64,000 bases of DNA from an uncultured Acidobacteriota bacterium. GTDB taxonomy: Bacteria > Acidobacteriota > Terriglobia > Acidiferrales > UBA7541. This document shows positions 51,997 through 61,960 of the stretch, in pieces. Location of the stretch: assembly GCA_963703705.1 (NCBI GenBank), contig CAVPFK010000024.1, positions 144,338 through 208,337 on the forward strand. Reading direction: 5' to 3'. Below the pieces are notes generated by a model. It worked only from the letters and a program-made list of their open reading frames with translations. It searched no databases and was not told the DNA's origin. Positions within the stretch are counted from its first letter, which is position 1; every line of letters begins with the position of its first letter. The translations under genes were made by a program, and so were the position numbers.

Positions 51997-52537
51997 CTAA
52001 ATTCCAATCAACAGGCTCGACCACAATTTAGAAGCCATGAGCCAGGCGGAAATCCCCATATCAACCCCAGCAGTTAACCTATTACCAAAGCGAGAACTGT
52101 CACTGTTCAATTGAGCACAGGTTCGACAATCGAGAGCTACGTGCTTTGCCCGTCGCCAGGCGGCGGCCACGCTTCCGGATGGAAACGGCAGCACCGCTGA
52201 GCGAATGGTAATCCTGAGTGAATATCTGGATTCCCTCGGCTGGATAGAGCAACGACAATTTCCCCGGTTTGTGCGGATAAATAAGAAGGGAAGGTGGTGA
52301 CGAAGAGATAGGGATTCTCCTGAGCGCGCCCGAAATATCTACGTGAATACTATGAGAATTTTACGCGATAATTCTGCGCATCATGGGCGCGACGAAGTGG
52401 CAGGTTGTAAATACTGTATTTACTTGCCATTGCAGGGGTCGCGGAAATCTGCGGCTGGCAGTTCGATTGCTGTTTGCGATCTATTCCCGGTTGCCGAGTA
52501 ACCGGACGCCGCTGAGATTGAAGTTTGGAGGGGAGAC

Positions 52538-52720
52538 ATGAGGGTAAGTTACGATATCTTCAGGAGATTTCCCGGTGGGCCGATGTGGGTTGAGACCGTG
52601 CAAGACCTGGAACAGGCCAAGATGCGACTAGCGAAATTGATCGAAAGCCGCCCCGGCGATTATTTTGTGTTCGATGCCTCTACTTCGAAGATTGTGTTCG
52701 GCGCTGTCGAAGCTGCCTAG
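52538..52720 (+). CDS. Small hypothetical protein (60 aa)
   Basis: ATG is preceded by GGAGGGGAG. The protein has balanced composition. I recognise no family. Confidence 0.4.
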   Translation: MRVSYDIFRRFPGGPMWVETVQDLEQAKMRLAKLIESRPGDYFVFDASTSKIVFGAVEAA

Positions 52721-52918
52721 CTAGAATTCCTAGCCCCTTTCCGCTTGCCCACATTTTCGCCGCGGGAGCTTGGGGAGGTTTGTCGAGCGGCGGATTGTTC
52801 CGCGCATGCAAGTCATTTTCATCCAATTCTTCAAAGCGGTCTAGCTAGGTGCGAACATTTGGATTTCGGCGGCGCGGCGGGTGTGGTAATTTCTCCCGGG
52901 ACAACGAGGGATTCTTCT

Positions 52919-54556
52919 ATGGCTAAGAAATTCGTCTGGCTGCTTGTGGCTTTACCGATTGCGGCAGCGCTTGCAATTGCAGTTGCGGCGCGGCCTGGCG
53001 AAGCGCAACAAGATGCGCCGGGGCACTTTGATGGCAAGAGTTGGTGGGAATACATCAAGGTGCTGGCGGACGACAACATGGAAGGACGCGAGACGGGAAG
53101 CGACGGGCTGCGCAGGGCGGAAGCCTACGTCGTCGAGCAGCTGAAGAAGAATGGTGCGGAGCCGGCGGGGAGCGACGGGTACTACCAGGCGGTGAAATTC
53201 GAGTCCCGGCAGCTTATCGAGAAGGATTCGAGCGCGGCGCTGGTGCGGGACGGGAAGAGCGAACCGCTGACGCTGGGCGAAGACGTGATCATGGGCACCA
53301 GAGCGGAGACGGCGCGGGAAGTGGAGGCGCCGATGGTCTTCGTGGGATACGGGCTGAGGATTCCGGAGCAGAAGTACGATGATTTTGCGGGACTCGATTT
53401 GAAGGGGAAAGTGGCGGTGTACATTTCAGGTTCGACCTCCGACATGCCGGCGGCGCTATCGGCGCACTATCAGTCGATCGCTGAGCGATGGAAAGCGTTG
53501 CGCGCGGCGGGAGCGATCGGAATGGTGAGCATTGTGAATCCGGCGTCGATGGATATTCCGTGGTCGCGAATTTCGGGGAATCGCGCGGAGCCCAGTATGG
53601 TGCTTGCGGAACCAGGATTCAACGATACGGAAGGATTGCAAGTTTCGCTGTTGGTGAATCCGACCAGCGCGGAGAAATTTTTCGCGGGCTCCCCCGGCTC
53701 GTTTGCACAAATCGCGCAACTGGCCAAAGACCGCGATCCGCTGCGGCACTTTCCACTGGCGGCTTCCCTCCGGGTGAAAGCGACGATCGAGAAGAAGGCG
53801 GTGGAGTCGGCAAATGTGGTAGCGAAGTTGCCGGGCAGCGATGCGTCACTGAAGGATCAGTATGTGGTGCTCTCGGCGCATGTAGATCACTTGGGGATTG
53901 GAGCGCCGGTCAACGGCGACAAAATTTATAACGGGGCGATGGACAATGCTTCGGGCGACGCGGTGCTGCTGGACGTGGCGGCGTCGCTGAAGAAGTCGGG
54001 GGAGAAGCTGAAGCGCTCGCTGCTGTTCGTTTTTGTTACCGGCGAAGAGAAAGGCCTGCTGGGGTCGAGGTATTTTGCGGCGCATCCGACCGTCGCGGCG
54101 AATTCGATGGTGGCGGACATCAATATCGATATGTTCCTACCCCTTTTTCCGCTGAAGGTGCTGACGGTATACGGGCTGCAGGAATCGGACCTGGGCGAGA
54201 TCGTGACGAAGGTGGCGAACGATCGCGGCATCCGCATACAAAGCGATCCGGAGCCGTTGCGAAACGTGTTTATCCGCAGCGATCAGTACAGTTTTATTCG
54301 CGTTGGAATTCCGTCGCTGACCATGAAGGTGGGATTCGAGAAAGGGTCAGCGGAAGAGCAAATGGTCAAGGACTGGCGGACCAATCGTTACCATGCGCCG
54401 TCGGATGACCTGAACCAGCCGGTCGATCTGTCGGCTGCCGCGGCGTACGAGGAGATTATGCGCGGGTTGATGATTGCGGTGGCGAACGATCCGCAGCGGC
54501 CGCAGTGGAAGCAGGACAGTTTCTTTCGGCGTTACGCACAGCCAGCTGGAAATTGA
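52919..54556 (+). CDS. Secreted M28-family aminopeptidase with PA domain
   Basis: I chose the start MAKKFVWLLVALPIAAALAIAVA (signal) at 52919. M28 metal-ligand contexts are SAHVDHLG, GAMDNASG and FVTGEEKGLLGS. Confidence 0.85.
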   Translation: MAKKFVWLLVALPIAAALAIAVAARPGEAQQDAPGHFDGKSWWEYIKVLADDNMEGRETGSDGLRRAEAYVVEQLKKNGAEPAGSDGYYQAVKFESRQLIEKDSSAALVRDGKSEPLTLGEDVIMGTRAETAREVEAPMVFVGYGLRIPEQKYDDFAGLDLKGKVAVYISGSTSDMPAALSAHYQSIAERWKALRAAGAIGMVSIVNPASMDIPWSRISGNRAEPSMVLAEPGFNDTEGLQVSLLVNPTSAEKFFAGSPGSFAQIAQLAKDRDPLRHFPLAASLRVKATIEKKAVESANVVAKLPGSDASLKDQYVVLSAHVDHLGIGAPVNGDKIYNGAMDNASGDAVLLDVAASLKKSGEKLKRSLLFVFVTGEEKGLLGSRYFAAHPTVAANSMVADINIDMFLPLFPLKVLTVYGLQESDLGEIVTKVANDRGIRIQSDPEPLRNVFIRSDQYSFIRVGIPSLTMKVGFEKGSAEEQMVKDWRTNRYHAPSDDLNQPVDLSAAAAYEEIMRGLMIAVANDPQRPQWKQDSFFRRYAQPAGN

Positions 54557-54678
54557 AGAAGCAAGTCGAATTCCCTTTCCTTTAGAGACCAAGGATGGAG
54601 CACCCGAAAACTCAGCAGCCTCCGTCTGAAAAACCCCGGTACAGGTGGATGCCGCAAGATCCGGGTTAACTCTCCTAG

Positions 54679-54709
54679 CGCCGCACTCTAGTGCGGCATC
54701 TTGTTTTTT
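54679..54709 (+). terminator. Intrinsic terminator after the M28 peptidase gene
   Basis: GCCGCAC-UCUA-GUGCGGC hairpin (54679-54696), followed by AUCUUGUUUUUUC. Confidence 0.5.
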
Positions 54710-54746
54710 CCGTTTGCGGAAGCGAGCAACGGCAAGATGCCTGGCG

Positions 54747-55367
54747 CTAGGAAAGCTTGCTGCCGCGCCAGCGGTATTGTTTTTCTTGCGGCAGGTTCAA
54801 CTGCGCCAGGACGCGGTAGGCGAATTGGGTGACGATATCGTCGATGGATTGGGGGGCGTAGTAGAAGGCAGGCATGGCGGGCATGATGGTGGCGCCTGCG
54901 TCGTGAACGCGGAGCATGTTTTCAAGATGGATGCGATTGAGGGGAGTTTCGCGGAGGCAGAGCACCAGACGGCGGCGCTCTTTCAGGCAGACGTCGGCGG
55001 CGCGGGAGAGCAAATCGTTGCCGATGCCGGAAGCGATGGAGGCCAGAGCGCCGGCGGAGCAGGGGATGACGACCATGCCGTCAACCGGCGCGCTGCCGGA
55101 GGCGATGGTGGCGCCGATGTCTTTATTCGGCAAGTACTCGATTTTTTTTGCGGACGTGCCGGTGAGAAGTGAGGCGAGCTTTTTTGTCTCGGTCGCGACA
55201 ATGTCTAGCTCGGCAGCGATCAGGCGCAGGCCGGCTTCGGTGACGACCAGGAAAACTCGTTCGACGCGAGGATCGGCATCGAGCAAATGCAGGACGGTTT
55301 GCGCGTAGAGGGCGCCGCTTGCGCCGGTTACTCCGACCGTGATGTGAGTTCCTCTGGTTTTCGCCAT
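54747..55367 (-). CDS. ubiX: UbiX-family flavin prenyltransferase
   Basis: ITVGVTGASGALYAQTVL...VIPCSAGALASIASGIGNDLLSRAADVCLKERRRLVL is a typical UbiX/Pad1 flavoprotein pattern. Confidence 0.9.
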   Translation of the reverse strand: MAKTRGTHITVGVTGASGALYAQTVLHLLDADPRVERVFLVVTEAGLRLIAAELDIVATETKKLASLLTGTSAKKIEYLPNKDIGATIASGSAPVDGMVVIPCSAGALASIASGIGNDLLSRAADVCLKERRRLVLCLRETPLNRIHLENMLRVHDAGATIMPAMPAFYYAPQSIDDIVTQFAYRVLAQLNLPQEKQYRWRGSKLS

Positions 55368-55534
55368 GGCTATAGCCGAACCATCGAGTCTAGGGGGGCG
55401 GTTTCTGCAAAGTCAAGGCGCAGGCAACGCGAGCGTAGGCAGTATTTGCGGATCCATGTGACGCTGCGGTTCTGTTCCACATCCGTTCGAGGAACATTTG
55501 CTTAACAAATCATCCTCATTATATTCGTTTCTGA

Positions 55535-55577
55535 GAATATTCCTTGACAAGCATATTCCACGTTAGGCATATTATAG
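55535..55577 (+). promoter_or_regulatory. Candidate sigma-70 promoter with overlapping inverted repeat (possible ArsR operator)
   Basis: TTGACA sits at 55545-55550. AT-rich -10 candidates are CATATT at 55568-55573 and TATTAT at 55570-55575. GAATAT (55535-40) and ATATTC (55553-58) form an inverted repeat bracketing the -35. The ATG at 55584 leaves almost no leader. Confidence 0.35.
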
Positions 55578-55583
55578 CTCGCT

Positions 55584-55934
55584 ATGCTAGAGACGCTTCA
55601 AGCGCTGGCTGAGCCGAACCGGTTTCAGATCGTGGAACTTTTGCGCGGGGGGCCGCGGCCGGTGGGTGACCTGGTGGAACGGCTGGGGTTGCGCCAGCCG
55701 CAAGTGTCGAAGCATCTGCGGGTGTTAAGCAAGGCCGGGCTGGTGGATGTTCGCGTGGACGCGCAAAGGCGGATTTATGGGTTGCGGGCGGCACCGCTTC
55801 GGGAGCTGGAGCAATGGATTGGGCGGTACAGGCGCATTTGGGAAGGCAACTTTCAGCGGTTGGACGCGGTGCTGGAGGAATTAAAAACTAAGGAGAAAAA
55901 ACGTGGAAGCAAAAAGCGAAAGAGCGCCGATTAG
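55584..55934 (+). CDS. ArsR/SmtB-family transcriptional regulator
   Basis: LQALAEPNRFQIVELLRGGPRPVGDLVERLGLRQPQVSKHLRVLSKAGLV is a winged-HTH motif. Confidence 0.85.
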   Translation: MLETLQALAEPNRFQIVELLRGGPRPVGDLVERLGLRQPQVSKHLRVLSKAGLVDVRVDAQRRIYGLRAAPLRELEQWIGRYRRIWEGNFQRLDAVLEELKTKEKKRGSKKRKSAD

Positions 55935-56418
55935 GAAAAACAGCGGTAGCTTGAAAGTGACTGCGCCGTCAGACCGCGAGGTGGCGATGACGCGCGTGTT
56001 TGACGCGCCGCGGCGGCTGGTGTTCAAAGCCTGGACCACGCCGGAGCTAATGAAACGCTGGTTGTATGGGCCGGAGGAGTGGCGGCTGGCGGTCTGCGAG
56101 TTCGATTTGAGGGTGGGTGGCGAAGTTCGTTTTGAATGGCGAAACGCGGAAGGGAAAGGAATGGGACTGACCGGCGTGTGTCGCGAAGTGGTGGCGCCGG
56201 AGCGACTGGTGTTCACCGAAGTGTGGGACCAGGATTGGACGGGCGGCGAGACGCTGGTGACCATGGTGTTCACCGAGGATGCGGGCAAGACCACGGTGAC
56301 GCAGACTGTGCTGTACTCGTCGCAAGCGGCTCGCGATGGCGCGTTGAAAACTGGAATGGAGCATGGCGCGGCTATGAGTTACGACCGGCTGGCGGAGCTG
56401 TTGGCCTCGATGGCCTAG
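55903..56418 (+). CDS. SRPBCC/AHSA1-domain protein
   Basis: GTG at 55903 has AAGGAG 7 nt upstream. The sequence reads MTRVFDAPRRLVFKAWTTPELMKRWL...VVAPERLVFTE... This is the classic ArsR-AHSA1 gene pair, with a 32-nt overlap. Confidence 0.8.
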   Translation: MEAKSERAPIRKNSGSLKVTAPSDREVAMTRVFDAPRRLVFKAWTTPELMKRWLYGPEEWRLAVCEFDLRVGGEVRFEWRNAEGKGMGLTGVCREVVAPERLVFTEVWDQDWTGGETLVTMVFTEDAGKTTVTQTVLYSSQAARDGALKTGMEHGAAMSYDRLAELLASMA

Positions 56419-56485
56419 AGCGAACTGTGGAACTTCGTTTTTCGCCGCGCGAGACTTAAGGAAAACGCAGGGATAAAATGGAAGG

Positions 56486-56632
56486 ATGCAGAAGAAGATC
56501 TTTTGGGCTACGTTCACCGTGTTGGGGCTGGTCGCGGACATGGCCTTGCCGTTGTGGTGGGCGCTGGCGGCTACGATTCCGGTTGGGATTGCGAGTTGGT
56601 GGTTTGCCTATCGGACCGATTGGTTTGTCTAG
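56486..56632 (+). CDS. Possible 48-aa two-TM membrane peptide (below ORF-track cutoff)
   Basis: ATG at 56486 to TAG at 56630-56632 reads MQKKIFWATFTVLGLVADMALPLWWALAATIPVGIASWWFAYRTDWFV. GGAAGG lies just upstream. Confidence 0.3.
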   Translation: MQKKIFWATFTVLGLVADMALPLWWALAATIPVGIASWWFAYRTDWFV

Positions 56633-56980
56633 GACAGGCCGCAAAGGCCAAAGAGAGCTGCCGGGGGAAGGCCCGGCGCTAGGAAAGCAACATCGAAGAC
56701 AACTCCCTAAGCCAACGGCAGGTTCGATATGCGAATGGAAACCAGGTGAAAATAGACGGCACGAGCCGCGGAACTGTGTTATACTGCGTTTGCGCTTAAT
56801 ACCGCGGTTGTGTTGTGCGGTTCCTCTGGTTGAGTAGTTGATCTGAGAACACCCGCCATCAGTCTTCTCCGTAAGTCTTCAGCGTAATTTAAAACAAAAG
56901 AACTGGTCATGAGCTGATCGTCGTGCCTCGCCTAAATGGTGTATGTGCGCGGCGACAGCCTGCCAGACAAGAAAAGGTAA

Positions 56981-58258
56981 ATGATGCAAAGTTCCACAGA
57001 AGTGATTTCAGAAGTATTTTCAGACATGGCGATTTCGGCCTACGCCAAGGAGAGGCTGGCAGCAGTCGGATTTTCGATACCAACTCCAGTGCAGGCCGCG
57101 GCCATTCCAAAGGCGCTGGAAGGCAAAGACGTGCTGGCCACGGCGCAAACCGGTACGGGCAAGACTCTTGCGTTCTTGATCCCCATGATCGAGCAGCTAT
57201 TGCAGCAAGTGACGCCGGGAATCGCGGCGCTCGTGCTGGTCCCCACGCGCGAACTGGCCATGCAAGTTGTGGCGCAGTATGACGCGTTGCGGGGCAAACA
57301 GCTTTCGCCAGCGGCGCTGGTAGTCGGCGGCTTGTCCGAAGGGACGCAACTAAACGCGCTGCGCAGAGGTGCGCGCGTGGTGGTGGCCACTCCAGGACGG
57401 CTCGAAGATTTTCTCGGGCGCAAGCTGGTGAACTTCCGTTCGCTGCGCGTGCTAGTGCTGGACGAAGCAGACCGCATGCTGGATATGGGTTTTCTTCCGG
57501 CGATTCGCAGAATTGCAGGAGTGCTCCCGAAAGAGCGGCAAACGATGTGTTTTTCAGCGACGCTGGAAGCGTCGGTGGCGCATTTGGTGCACGATTACAT
57601 GCGCAATCCGGTGCGGCTCGCTTTCGGGTCGATCCTGAAGCCTTCGGAAAATGTGCACTTGCAGGCATTCGAAGTTTCCAGCGACCGGAAATTCGGAGTA
57701 CTGCATCGCTTGCTGGCGAAGGAAAAAGGGCGATGCCTGGTTTTCGTACGCACCAAGCATGGAACTGAGCGGTTGACCAAGAGCTTGAACCGCGAAGGGA
57801 TTGCCGCCGCGATGATTCACGGCGGGCGTTCGCAGTCACAGCGCTCGGCGGCTCTGGCTGGATTTCAACAGGGACGCATCCGGGTGTTGATCGCTACGGA
57901 TTTGGCCTCGCGCGGCATTCACGTGCAGGATATCGCGCATGTGATCAATTACGATTTGCCGGACATCGCGGAGAATTTCATTCATCGCGTGGGTCGTACA
58001 GGACGCGCAGGTGAACGCGGAGTTGCTTCCACGCTTTTCGCGCGCGAACAACGCTTGGAGCTACAGCAGCTTGAGCGCACGCTTGGCGTTCGCATCGAGC
58101 GAATACAATTGAGCGATGAGCCAGTGCCTACACAGCTCACCCGCAAACCAGTGGCGATTGGGCGCATGGAAACAGCGATGCGCCAGCGGACTGGGACACA
58201 TTCATCGCGAATGACTCGTCTACCCGGCGAGATTTTGCAAGTGCAGCTTGAAAACTAA
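56981..58258 (+). CDS. rhlE: DEAD-box ATP-dependent RNA helicase (RhlE-like)
   Basis: The Q motif is PTPVQ. Other motifs are AQTGTGKTLAF, VLDEADRMLDMGF, SAT and HRVGRTGRAG. Confidence 0.9.
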   Translation: MMQSSTEVISEVFSDMAISAYAKERLAAVGFSIPTPVQAAAIPKALEGKDVLATAQTGTGKTLAFLIPMIEQLLQQVTPGIAALVLVPTRELAMQVVAQYDALRGKQLSPAALVVGGLSEGTQLNALRRGARVVVATPGRLEDFLGRKLVNFRSLRVLVLDEADRMLDMGFLPAIRRIAGVLPKERQTMCFSATLEASVAHLVHDYMRNPVRLAFGSILKPSENVHLQAFEVSSDRKFGVLHRLLAKEKGRCLVFVRTKHGTERLTKSLNREGIAAAMIHGGRSQSQRSAALAGFQQGRIRVLIATDLASRGIHVQDIAHVINYDLPDIAENFIHRVGRTGRAGERGVASTLFAREQRLELQQLERTLGVRIERIQLSDEPVPTQLTRKPVAIGRMETAMRQRTGTHSSRMTRLPGEILQVQLEN

Positions 58259-58274
58259 CTACACCTGTATCACG

Positions 58275-58316
58275 CGCCGTCGGTTTAGCTTCGGCCGACC
58301 GGCGGCGTTTTCCTTT
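58275..58316 (+). terminator. Intrinsic terminator after the helicase gene
   Basis: GCGCCGUCGG...CCGACCGGCGGCG is an imperfect hairpin followed by UUUUCCUUU. Confidence 0.45.
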
Positions 58317-58555
58317 ACGGAAACGCTTCGGTTAAAAGGCCCTTGGGCACCCCCCCAGCAAGGTTCGTAATCTAATTCCGCCGTGTCGATGCTCAGAACA
58401 TTCTCAAATCGTAGGAGCTAGGCAGAGCAAGCCCCCTAGGTTCGCTTGGCTATCGTCTCTGGTAGAACTGCGTCTAAATGCTATTGCTGCACGTGTGGTT
58501 TGCCAGCGCTAGTGGAAATGTGGACAATAAACCCTCGAATTGGGGAGGAGAGAAA

Positions 58556-59947
58556 ATGCTTTTGAGACGGAGAGCGATTGCGACCGTTGTCGCCGCAATG
58601 GCCCTGATGGTGGGCATGAGTGCGGCGCTCAATGCGACGCCGGCGGAGAACGAATTAAGGGTGCCGAAGCTCGAATTTCGGGAGGTCAAGCTCGAAAACG
58701 GTCTGCGCGTAATTCTGGTTCCGGACCACAGCGCGCCGGTGTACGCCATCGACGTTTGCTACAACGTCGGGAGCCGCAACGAGCGGCCCGGCCGCACGGG
58801 ATTTGCGCACCTGTTCGAGCACATGATGTTTCAAGGATCGGAAAATGTGGGCAAGGGTGAACATTTTTCGCTGGTGTTTAACAATGGCGGCGGGATGAAC
58901 GGCACCACGAACGAGGATCGCACTACTTATTTTGAACAGATGCCGAAAAACCAGCTGGACCTGGGATTATTCCTGGAATCCGATCGTATGCGCGCGCTGA
59001 ACATCACCCAGGCAAATCTGGACAACCAGCGCAACGCGGTGCAGGAAGAGCGGCGACAGGGCATCGACAACCAACCCTATGGCCGCGCATCGCTTGATGT
59101 GGACAATCTTTCCTACGACAATTTCGCCTACAAACATTCCACCATTGGGTCGATGACGGATCTGAACGCGGCAACGATTCAGGACGTAAAGGACTTCTTC
59201 CGAATTTACTACGCCCCGAATAATGCGGTGCTCACGCTGGTGGGCGATTTCAACCCGGACGAAGCGCTGGAGAAGGTGAAAAAATATTTCGGGTCGATTC
59301 CCTCGCAGCCCGCACCGCCCAAAGTGCTGCTGGATGAAGAACCACATTACGGCGAGCGCCGCGAGGTTATTTCCGATCCGCTGGCGCGTTTGCCGGAGGT
59401 CGACATGGCTTATCACGTCCCCGCAGGAAACACTCCGGAAAATTACGCGGTGCAACAGCTCTCGATCATTCTGGGTCAGGGGGAAAGCTCGCGATTTTAT
59501 CAGCACCTGGTGAAGGAAAAACAGCTCGCCTCCGATGTTTCGGTGCAGGCGGACGCACGGATCGGCGTGAGCCAGCTATATCTTTCCGCCAACCCGCGAC
59601 CGGGGGTGGAGGTGGGGGATCTGGAAAAAGGAATGGACCAAGAGATTGCGGAGGTGGTGAAGGACGGCGTTACGCCGGAGGAGCTGGCGAAAGCCAAGAC
59701 CCAGCTTTTGCGGCAATTCATCGAGCGCAGACGGTCCGATCTGTTCACCGCGATCCTGATCGGCAGTTACACCGTCTATTTCAACGACCCAAACCTAATC
59801 AATACGATCCTGGATAAGGAAAACAGTGTGACGCTCGAGCAGGTGAATGCCGCGGCGAAGAAATTCCTGGAACGCGATCAGCGAACGGTCGTTATCACGT
59901 TGCCGGCCGTCGCGGACGCGTCTAGAGCGGCAAAGGCGGGACAATGA
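58556..59947 (+). CDS. M16-family (pitrilysin/insulinase) zinc peptidase, catalytic subunit, signal peptide
   Basis: ATG at 58556 follows GGGGAGGAG. The signal is IATVVAAMALMVGMSAA. The inverted zinc motif HLFEH sits in GFAHLFEHMMFQGS. Confidence 0.85.
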   Translation: MLLRRRAIATVVAAMALMVGMSAALNATPAENELRVPKLEFREVKLENGLRVILVPDHSAPVYAIDVCYNVGSRNERPGRTGFAHLFEHMMFQGSENVGKGEHFSLVFNNGGGMNGTTNEDRTTYFEQMPKNQLDLGLFLESDRMRALNITQANLDNQRNAVQEERRQGIDNQPYGRASLDVDNLSYDNFAYKHSTIGSMTDLNAATIQDVKDFFRIYYAPNNAVLTLVGDFNPDEALEKVKKYFGSIPSQPAPPKVLLDEEPHYGERREVISDPLARLPEVDMAYHVPAGNTPENYAVQQLSIILGQGESSRFYQHLVKEKQLASDVSVQADARIGVSQLYLSANPRPGVEVGDLEKGMDQEIAEVVKDGVTPEELAKAKTQLLRQFIERRRSDLFTAILIGSYTVYFNDPNLINTILDKENSVTLEQVNAAAKKFLERDQRTVVITLPAVADASRAAKAGQ

Positions 59948-59997
59948 GCAGAGCTACGGTTTCGATCACAAGCGGGATGAACAGGGGAGAAGGCTCG

Positions 59998-61488
59998 ATG
60001 AGAAAACGACTTTCGGAAACCGCGGTATATGCGTTGGTTGCCTCCGCACTCCTGGCCGCTTTGCTTTTTGTGACGCCCAGGGTGCGAGCGCAACAGGGGC
60101 AAGACAAGGCGGCGCCGTTGAGCCAAGTGCAGCGGCTGAATCGCGCGCCGGTGAACAAGGAGGTGTTGCGGGTGCAACTGCCCCGACCGCAGGTTGAAAA
60201 ACTGCCGAATGGGCTGACGGTAATTCTGCAGGAAGACCACAAGCTACCCACGATTGCGTTCACCATGTGGATAGGTCCCGGACAGCTTGCAGATCCAGCC
60301 GATTTGCCGGGGCTGGCGTCATTCACCGCTGAAATGTTGAAGGAGGGCACCGAGCGGCGCACCAGTTCACAGATTGCCCAGGAAGTGGGTCAGCTCGGCG
60401 CGACGCTGGACGCGAGTTCGCGATTTGGAGCGAGCTACACGTCGGTGAATGCGTCCGGACTCGTAAACAGCACCCCACAGATTCTGGACCTGATGAGCGA
60501 CGTGGTGCTGCATCCGGGGTTTCCGTCCGGCGAACTGGAAAAATACAAGCAGCGCGAAGAAGCCGGCCTGGAAGAACAGCTCGCGAATCCGAATTTTCTG
60601 GGGCAACAAGCGTTCCGCCGCGTGCTTTACGGCGACGCGCCTCTGGCTGTCACTTCGCCGACCAAGGAATCGCTCGAAAAGCTGACGGTCGAGGATCTAA
60701 AGCGATTTCACGACAAGCATTTTGTTCCCGGCAATACGATTTTGGGAGTGACGGGCGATTTCAAGGCAGATGAGATGCGCGCGATGGTGGGAAAATATTT
60801 TGGCGCGTGGAAAGGCGAAGCGGAAGCGGCGGTGTCGTACCCCGTGCCATTTTCGCAGGCGACAAAAATCACGCTGGTTGACCGGCCTGCCTCGGTACAG
60901 ACATACATCGTGGGAGGCAATCGCGGCATCCGGCGAGTAGATCCGGATTATTACGAGCTGGTAGTGATGAACCAGGTTTTAGGAGGCGGACCACAAGCGC
61001 GGCTTTTTCTGGACCTGCGCGAAGAGCACAGCCTGACGTATGGTTCCTACAGCCGGTTCAACGCCGAAATATATCCCGGTGATTGGCTGGCCTTTGCGCC
61101 GGTGCGAACCACAGTAACCGGTGATGCGATGGAGCGATTCGTTTACGAATTCAAGCGCATCAATGACGAACCAGTGCCGCAGAGTGAACTCGACGACGCG
61201 CATCGCGCCATTATTGCGGGTTTTGCATTGTCGCTCGAACAACCAGCGCAGCTACTGAACGACTGGCTCACGGTGCAGCATTATGGGTTGCCAATGGATT
61301 ATTGGGACAAATATCCGGATCAAATTGCGGCGATTGACGCCGCAGGCGTTCAGGCCGCGGCCAGGAGATTTGTGGACCTAAACCATATGCAATGGGTGGC
61401 GGTTGGCGACCGCAAGCAGATTCAGGACGCATTATCGAAATATGGGCCAGTGACGGTAGTCGATGTGAACGGAAAGGCAGAAAAGTAA
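59998..61488 (+). CDS. M16-family peptidase homologue lacking HxxEH (non-catalytic partner), signal peptide
   Basis: The signal is MRKRLSETAVYALVASALLAALLFVTPRVRAQQ. The equivalent position reads ASFTAEMLKEGT. The alternative start at 59944 overlaps the upstream stop as ATGA. Confidence 0.75.
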   Translation: MRKRLSETAVYALVASALLAALLFVTPRVRAQQGQDKAAPLSQVQRLNRAPVNKEVLRVQLPRPQVEKLPNGLTVILQEDHKLPTIAFTMWIGPGQLADPADLPGLASFTAEMLKEGTERRTSSQIAQEVGQLGATLDASSRFGASYTSVNASGLVNSTPQILDLMSDVVLHPGFPSGELEKYKQREEAGLEEQLANPNFLGQQAFRRVLYGDAPLAVTSPTKESLEKLTVEDLKRFHDKHFVPGNTILGVTGDFKADEMRAMVGKYFGAWKGEAEAAVSYPVPFSQATKITLVDRPASVQTYIVGGNRGIRRVDPDYYELVVMNQVLGGGPQARLFLDLREEHSLTYGSYSRFNAEIYPGDWLAFAPVRTTVTGDAMERFVYEFKRINDEPVPQSELDDAHRAIIAGFALSLEQPAQLLNDWLTVQHYGLPMDYWDKYPDQIAAIDAAGVQAAARRFVDLNHMQWVAVGDRKQIQDALSKYGPVTVVDVNGKAEK

Positions 61489-61515
61489 CGGCGCAAGACA
61501 ACCGCAACCCCACAA

Positions 61516-61548
61516 GGGCGTGCACCGAAATCGTGCATGCCCTTTTTT
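61516..61548 (+). terminator. Intrinsic terminator (between convergent genes)
   Basis: GGGCGUGCAC-CGAAAUC-GUGCAUGCCC followed by UUUUUU (61543-61548). Confidence 0.6.
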
Positions 61549-61551
61549 CGA

Positions 61552-61794
61552 TTAGGCGCGCTTGATTAGCCGGATGAGCAACAGCAAGACGACCGCGCCG
61601 ACAACTCCCATTACCAGCTGTCCAATCAACCCGTAAGCGGCGAGGCCCAGCAAGCCGAATATCCAGCCACCCAGGAGCGATCCGATAATTCCTACGATCA
61701 GGTCGACTAAGAGGCCCATGCCGTGACCTTTGACGATTTGTCCCGCAAGGAAACCAATAACGATACCGATCAGAATTTCCCAGAGCAGCCACAT
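61552..61794 (-). CDS. GlsB/YeaQ/YmgE-family (transglycosylase-associated) small membrane protein
   Basis: 80 aa. It has Gly-zipper TM helices: IGIVIGFLAGQIV...IVGIIGSLLGGWIFGLLG. Confidence 0.8.
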   Translation of the reverse strand: MWLLWEILIGIVIGFLAGQIVKGHGMGLLVDLIVGIIGSLLGGWIFGLLGLAAYGLIGQLVMGVVGAVVLLLLIRLIKRA

Positions 61795-61960
61795 CGTTTG
61801 CCTCCAAAGTGATGGAATGGATCAAAGGGCGTCCTCCAGTGGTGGGATGTGGACGCCCGACTGGGCGCAACTCTAGCACAGATGGAACCCGTGCGCTGCG
61901 GGATGCGGAGTTCGGCAGAGACCGCTCACCTTCCGGAGCAACTCTCGGAGAAATGCTAGA

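Noticed and set aside
51997-52537. A 540-bp gap upstream of the diguanylate cyclase gene. I checked it for small RNAs, tRNAs and short ORFs (51997..52194).
   Set aside because: No cloverleaf, conserved ncRNA motif or convincing coding signal was seen by eye. It probably contains divergent promoter regions.
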